Below are positions 59,257 through 64,000 of a stretch of 64,000 nucleotides of DNA, in pieces; within the stretch, counting starts at the first letter, position 1, and every line of letters starts with the position of its first letter. The notes under the pieces are model-generated. The model was not told the DNA's origin. It saw only the letters and a program-made list of their open reading frames with translations, and ran no database searches. Source of the DNA: Methylophilaceae bacterium (GTDB lineage Bacteria > Pseudomonadota > Gammaproteobacteria > Burkholderiales > Methylophilaceae); contig JAOLWQ010000002.1 of NCBI GenBank assembly GCA_028342535.1, positions 33,484-97,483 on the forward strand, written 5' to 3'. The translations under genes were made by a program, and so were the position numbers.

Positions 59257-61710
59257 ATGACTATTGAATACCAATTTAAAGAAATTGAAGCAAAAATCCA
59301 AGCTAAATGGAATACCTCTAATTCTTTTTTAGTTTCTGAAGATAGCAAAAAACCTAAATTCTATGCACTATCTATGTTTCCATATCCAAGTGGAAAATTA
59401 CATATGGGTCATGTAAGAAACTATACGATTGGCGATGTTATTTCTCGATATAAAAGAATGAATGGCTTTAACGTGCTTCAACCAATGGGTTGGGATTCTT
59501 TTGGCTTGCCCGCAGAAAATGCAGCGATTAAAAATAATATAGCTCCTGCAAAATGGACAAATGAAAATATTGATCATATGCGCTCACAGCTTAAGCAGTT
59601 GGGGCTTTCAGTTGACTGGGATAGAGAAATTTCAACATGTAATGTTGATTATTACAAATGGGAGCAATGGCTTTTTATTCAGTTATATAACAAAGGCTTA
59701 ATCTATAAGAAAACTTCTATGGTTAATTGGGATCCAATCGATAAAACTGTACTCGCAAATGAGCAAGTCATAGATGGTAAAGGATGGAGGTCAGGCGCTG
59801 AAGTTGAAAGAAGAGAAATTCCCCAATATTTTATGAAAATTACTGATTATGCTGATGAACTTCTTGATGGTCTGGATGATTTAGATGAATGGCCTACTCA
59901 AGTTAAAACAATGCAAAAAAATTGGATTGGAAAAAGTAGTGGGTGCGAAATAACTTTTAACCTTGATAAGTCCGATGAAGTTATAAAAGTTTTTACAACA
60001 AGGCCTGATACCTTAATGGGTGCAACCTATCTTGCTATAGCCCCTGAGCATAAGATTAGCAATAATTTATCAAAAAACAAAAAAGACATTAAGAGCTTCA
60101 TCGATGAATGTAAAAAAATTGGTGTCTCTGAAGCTGAAATATCGACCGCTGAAAAAAAAGGTATTTTTAGTGGCTTATTTGCTAAGCATCCATTAACAAA
60201 AGAAAGTATTCCAGTATGGATAGCAAATTATGTCCTAATAAATTATGGTGAAGGTGCTGTAATGGCTGTTCCTGCTCATGACGATAGAGATTTTGAATTT
60301 TCTAAAAGATATCAACTGCCTATAAAACAAGTTATTCATTCAGTTGATTATGATGAAAGTAAAGCATATACAGGTACTGGAAGACTCATAAATTCTGATA
60401 AATTCAATGGTCTCTCAAGTAAAGAAGCAACGGAAGCTATCTCAGAAAAATTAGAGTCTTTAGGAAAAGGTAAAAAAAGAATCCAATTTCGCCTTCGAGA
60501 TTGGGGGATATCTAGGCAAAGATATTGGGGCTGCCCTATTCCAATGATTTATTGTGAGACTTGTGGTGATATACCAGTGAATGAAACTGAGCTTCCAGTC
60601 ACCCTTCCTGAAAATATAACAATGAATAATTCCAGCGTAGGCTCCCCTTTAAATAAAATGACTGAATTTTATTCATGTGTTTGCCCTAAATGTGGAAAAG
60701 ATGCGAAAAGAGAAACTGACACAATGGATACTTTTTTTGAGTCTTCATGGTATTTTGCAAGATATGCATGTTTCGATCAAAAAAATAAAATGCTTGATGA
60801 TAGGGTAAATTACTGGCTTCCAGTTGATTATTATATTGGTGGGATTGAGCATGCAATTCTTCATCTCTTATATGCTAGATTTTTTAATAGGGTATTAAGT
60901 GATATTGGCTTAATTGAATCCAAAGAGCCTTTTAAAAAGCTATTAACTCAAGGTATGGTCTTAAAAGATGGAACAAAAATGTCAAAATCTCAAGGCAATA
61001 CTGTAGACCCCCAAGATCTTATTGATAGGTATGGAGCAGACACAGCAAGGCTATTTATCATGTTTGCTGCGCCAGCAGAACAGAGTTTAGAGTGGTCTGA
61101 TAATGGCATTGAGGGTGCGCATCGATTTCTAAAAAGATTATGGAATATAGTTAATGATCATATTAAAGATAACTCTAATAGAAAAGAAGATATCAATAAA
61201 GATTTAGATAAAAGCATAAAGGAATTAAATTTTAAACTACATGCAACTATACAAAAAGTTACTGATGACTTAGAACGAAGAAATAGCTTTAACACAGTTA
61301 TATCTTCAGTAATGGAGTTACTAAATTTTCTAAACGATTCAGATAAAAAAAGAAAACTGCCTTATTCTAAAAAACAAGAAGTGTTAGAAAATATCTTATT
61401 GATGCTTAATCCATTTGTGCCTCATATTACCGCTGAGTTATGGACTTATATTAAAGAAGGCACTGATATAGATAGGATGGCATGGCCAATACTAGACAAA
61501 TCTGCCTTAGTTCAAGAAGAGATTAAAATAGTTGTTCAAGTCAACGGAAAGCTGCGTGGAAATATGATAATATCAAGCGATCAAACGGAAATTGAGATTA
61601 AAGAAAAAGCAATTAAAATTGATACTGTCAAAAAATTTATAAATAATGAAAGTGAGATTAAGAAAATTATTTATATTAAAGAGAAGCTGATTAATATTGT
61701 TATTGGTTAA
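59257..61710 (+). CDS. leuS: Leucine--tRNA ligase
   Basis: 817 aa. HMGHVRNY (HIGH), CP1 editing domain, KMSKS. Confidence 0.97.
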   Translation: MTIEYQFKEIEAKIQAKWNTSNSFLVSEDSKKPKFYALSMFPYPSGKLHMGHVRNYTIGDVISRYKRMNGFNVLQPMGWDSFGLPAENAAIKNNIAPAKWTNENIDHMRSQLKQLGLSVDWDREISTCNVDYYKWEQWLFIQLYNKGLIYKKTSMVNWDPIDKTVLANEQVIDGKGWRSGAEVERREIPQYFMKITDYADELLDGLDDLDEWPTQVKTMQKNWIGKSSGCEITFNLDKSDEVIKVFTTRPDTLMGATYLAIAPEHKISNNLSKNKKDIKSFIDECKKIGVSEAEISTAEKKGIFSGLFAKHPLTKESIPVWIANYVLINYGEGAVMAVPAHDDRDFEFSKRYQLPIKQVIHSVDYDESKAYTGTGRLINSDKFNGLSSKEATEAISEKLESLGKGKKRIQFRLRDWGISRQRYWGCPIPMIYCETCGDIPVNETELPVTLPENITMNNSSVGSPLNKMTEFYSCVCPKCGKDAKRETDTMDTFFESSWYFARYACFDQKNKMLDDRVNYWLPVDYYIGGIEHAILHLLYARFFNRVLSDIGLIESKEPFKKLLTQGMVLKDGTKMSKSQGNTVDPQDLIDRYGADTARLFIMFAAPAEQSLEWSDNGIEGAHRFLKRLWNIVNDHIKDNSNRKEDINKDLDKSIKELNFKLHATIQKVTDDLERRNSFNTVISSVMELLNFLNDSDKKRKLPYSKKQEVLENILLMLNPFVPHITAELWTYIKEGTDIDRMAWPILDKSALVQEEIKIVVQVNGKLRGNMIISSDQTEIEIKEKAIKIDTVKKFINNESEIKKIIYIKEKLINIVIG

Positions 61711-61722
61711 TTACTTATAATT

Positions 61723-62196
61723 ATGAAAAAAATTTTTAATTTTATATTACTACTACTTCTTGTAGCTACTATTACTTCATGCAGCTTCCAACTCCGAGGT
61801 GTTCAAGAGATAAATTTTAAATCAATATCAATAGACGGCGGCTCAACTAGTTTTGCAAAAGCTTTAAAGAGGAAATTTAGACAATCAGGCGTAAAAATAA
61901 ATACTAACGATGCTGAAAGAAGTCTTGAAATAGTAAATGATAGCTTTAAAAAAGAAATTTTATCACTAAGCTCAAAGGGGCGAGTTAAAGAATACGAAAT
62001 TACTTACAAAGTATCTTACAGAATAAAATTTCAGGATGGTGAATGGGGCTCTCCAATAAATATTGAAACAAATCGAGATTATACTTTTGATGACACAAAT
62101 ATCATCGCAAAAACAGAAGAAGAATCTAGACTATTAAAAGGTATGCGCGAACAGCTTATCAGAACTATAGTTACTCAAATTTCAGTTTCAAAATAA
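61723..62196 (+). CDS. lptE: LPS-assembly lipoprotein LptE
   Basis: 157 aa. Lipobox ITSC followed by GFQLRG-like SFQLRG. Conserved leuS-lptE-holA order. Confidence 0.8.
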   Translation: MKKIFNFILLLLLVATITSCSFQLRGVQEINFKSISIDGGSTSFAKALKRKFRQSGVKINTNDAERSLEIVNDSFKKEILSLSSKGRVKEYEITYKVSYRIKFQDGEWGSPINIETNRDYTFDDTNIIAKTEEESRLLKGMREQLIRTIVTQISVSK

Positions 62197-62199
62197 ACG

Positions 62200-63213
62200 A
62201 TGGAAGTCAATTTTGCTCCAAAAAAAATAACAGAAAAACTTAAAGAATTAAAAAAAAATTGTGTAACTATCTTAGGCAGTGAGCCAGTTGTTTCGAATCA
62301 TATAAAAAAAGATATCAGGGCATTCGCTTATTTAAATAATATTGAATATCAGTCTATAAATTTTGATGCCCCGATAAATGAGATTAAACTATCATTTGAT
62401 AATGGCTCATTATTCTCAAATACAACCCTTTTTAACATTAGCATACCTGCTGGGAGAGTTTTAGAGGATAAAAAAAAATTTATCATCGAGGTCATTGAAG
62501 AGAACCCTAAAGATTTTTTTATAGTCCATTTTCAAAAATCAACAAAGGAATTATTGAAGTCTAAATGGCTTCAAGAGCTAAGCAAAAAATCACTGCAATT
62601 ATCAGCTAAAGAGCCGGATTCATATCAAATTGAAAAAGCAATAAAAGCGAGGGCAAGCTTCCATAATTTAGAGCTAGATAACGAGTCGATATCATTATTA
62701 TCAAATCTATCACTGGGAAATCTATTAGCTGCCGAAAATGAAATTATAAAACTATCTTTAGTTGGTTTAGGTTCTGATATAGATATAAGAAAATTAATAA
62801 CTCATATGTCTAATGGATCTAAATTTGATAGCTTTAAATTATTAGACTATTGTATAAAAGGTCAATTAAATAAAACAGCTCAGGCATTATCTTATTTCGA
62901 GGAAGAAGGAGTAGAGCCTTTAATGCTAAATGGACTTTTTTCATGGTTATTCACAGCAATTTCTAAATTGAAATTTTCTTCTGATGGTCCAGTTACAAAT
63001 TCAAAATTAATTGAATTACGTATATTTGGCACAACGCAAGAACTAGTCAGGTCTTCTCTTAATAAACTTAGCGCAAATCAAATAGAAGCATCTTTAGTTA
63101 AAATTAAAGAAATTGATTTAATATGCAAAGGAATCCATACAGGTGATCCTTGGTTGGAGATTAATAGATTTGCATTTGGAATATCTCGCCTATTTAATAA
63201 AAAAATAGCGTAA
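62200..63213 (+). CDS. holA: DNA polymerase III delta subunit
   Basis: 337 aa. Assigned on size, the position after lptE, and a helical C-terminal domain. Weak motif-level evidence only. Confidence 0.8.
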   Translation: MEVNFAPKKITEKLKELKKNCVTILGSEPVVSNHIKKDIRAFAYLNNIEYQSINFDAPINEIKLSFDNGSLFSNTTLFNISIPAGRVLEDKKKFIIEVIEENPKDFFIVHFQKSTKELLKSKWLQELSKKSLQLSAKEPDSYQIEKAIKARASFHNLELDNESISLLSNLSLGNLLAAENEIIKLSLVGLGSDIDIRKLITHMSNGSKFDSFKLLDYCIKGQLNKTAQALSYFEEEGVEPLMLNGLFSWLFTAISKLKFSSDGPVTNSKLIELRIFGTTQELVRSSLNKLSANQIEASLVKIKEIDLICKGIHTGDPWLEINRFAFGISRLFNKKIA

Positions 63214-63222
63214 AATATTTTT

Positions 63223-64000
63223 ATGGATATAAAAAAATACATGCTTAGCATTGGGCAACAAGCCAAAACAGCAAGCTTTAAAATAGCATCTGCAACAACT
63301 ATACAAAAAAATAATTTTTTAAATAATTTAGGCGAACGAATCCTTCTTAATGAGGATAAGATTATTGCTTCAAATAAGAAAGACCTCCTTCAAGCATCAA
63401 AAGATCAAAAAGATGAGGCATTTATTGATCGTTTAGCTCTAAATAAAAAAAGTATAGTAGCTATGGCTGATGGGTTATTCCAGCTGGAAAAATTGGATGA
63501 TCCAATTGGTCAAATCAATAACCAAAAAACTATGAAATCAGGTATCAAGGTAAGCCAAATGAGAGTTTCCCTTGGGGTTATAGGGATGATATATGAATCA
63601 AGACCGAACGTAACCATCGATGCTGCTGGACTATCCATAAAATCTGGAAATGCAATAATTTTAAGAGGTGGTTCTGAAGCAATTAAGTCTAATACATATC
63701 TAGGTGAATTAATTACGCAATCATTAAAAGAAACCGGGCTACATTCTAACTCTGTTCAGATTGTCAAAATGACTGATCGAGAAGCAGTAACAGAACTTAT
63801 TACAATGAGTAACTTTGTTGATGTCATAATTCCACGCGGCGGTAAGAGCTTGATAAAGAAAATAACTGAAGATGCAAAAATCAATGTTATTAAACATCTT
63901 GATGGAAACTGCCACATCTACGTTGATCAATTTGCTGATATTGATACAGCGATTAATATTGTTGATAATTCTAAAACTCAAAGACTTGGGACTTGTAATA
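63223..64000 (+). CDS. proA: Gamma-glutamyl phosphate reductase, N-terminal ~259 aa (runs off the window)
   Basis: Own translation from ATG 63223: MDIKKYMLSIGQQAKTASFKIA...DRLALN...GVIGMIYESRPNVTIDAAGLSIKSGNAIILRGGSEA... Typical ProA. Not in the ORF track because it is truncated. Confidence 0.9.
   Translation, partial: MDIKKYMLSIGQQAKTASFKIASATTIQKNNFLNNLGERILLNEDKIIASNKKDLLQASKDQKDEAFIDRLALNKKSIVAMADGLFQLEKLDDPIGQINNQKTMKSGIKVSQMRVSLGVIGMIYESRPNVTIDAAGLSIKSGNAIILRGGSEAIKSNTYLGELITQSLKETGLHSNSVQIVKMTDREAVTELITMSNFVDVIIPRGGKSLIKKITEDAKINVIKHLDGNCHIYVDQFADIDTAINIVDNSKTQRLGTCN

Overview
This is an AT-rich window (about one third G+C from spot counts on a few lines, not computed). It is very gene-dense, with about 65 protein genes, mostly 0-40 nt gaps and many overlapping start/stop codons. 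Nearly all of it is core housekeeping: trpS, purL, sucCD, nadE-glnB, exbBD-msbA-lpxK-ycaR-kdsB, lolCD, ribE-ribBA, ruvX-pyrB, yggS-proC, mnmA-nadC, ilvIHC-psd, rppH, xseB-ispA-dxs-folE2, aroC, icd, cspA, dsbC-ubiH/F-pepP-murU-amgK, lptD-surA-pdxA-rsmA, adk, leuS-lptE-holA-proA. Several synteny blocks (nadE-glnB, yciB-yciI-bolA, exbBD-lpxK-ycaR-kdsB, leuS-lptE-holA-proA) are what I associate with Betaproteobacteria. The low G+C, the compaction, a PQQ-type dehydrogenase and an MxaD-like protein would fit a streamlined planktonic, possibly methylotroph-related lineage; that is inference only.

I see no rRNA, tRNA, CRISPR array, IS element, integrase, prophage, toxin-antitoxin pair or recognisable defence system. 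I did not find a convincing new multi-gene system. The best leads are modest:
1. A TrpRS-like paralog with degenerate catalytic motifs, two genes away from an intact trpS.
2. An unlisted 51-aa lysine-rich VAKKKP-repeat protein with its own SD and terminator, masked in the ORF track by a spurious antisense ORF.
3. An FTR1 iron permease followed by an uncharacterised helical lipoprotein that appears to start at ATT, with a Fur-like box upstream.
4. Two Sec-signal ankyrin-repeat proteins fused into housekeeping operons (purL, and sucCD-nadE-glnB).
5. Periplasmic beta-propeller modules (PQQ sugar dehydrogenase plus SMP-30/NHL-like protein; YVTN propeller plus MxaD-like SRPBCC protein).
6. An ExbBD-type motor with no TonB, embedded in the lipid A/LPS operon.

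All coordinates of features not in the ORF track were hand-counted from the sequence.
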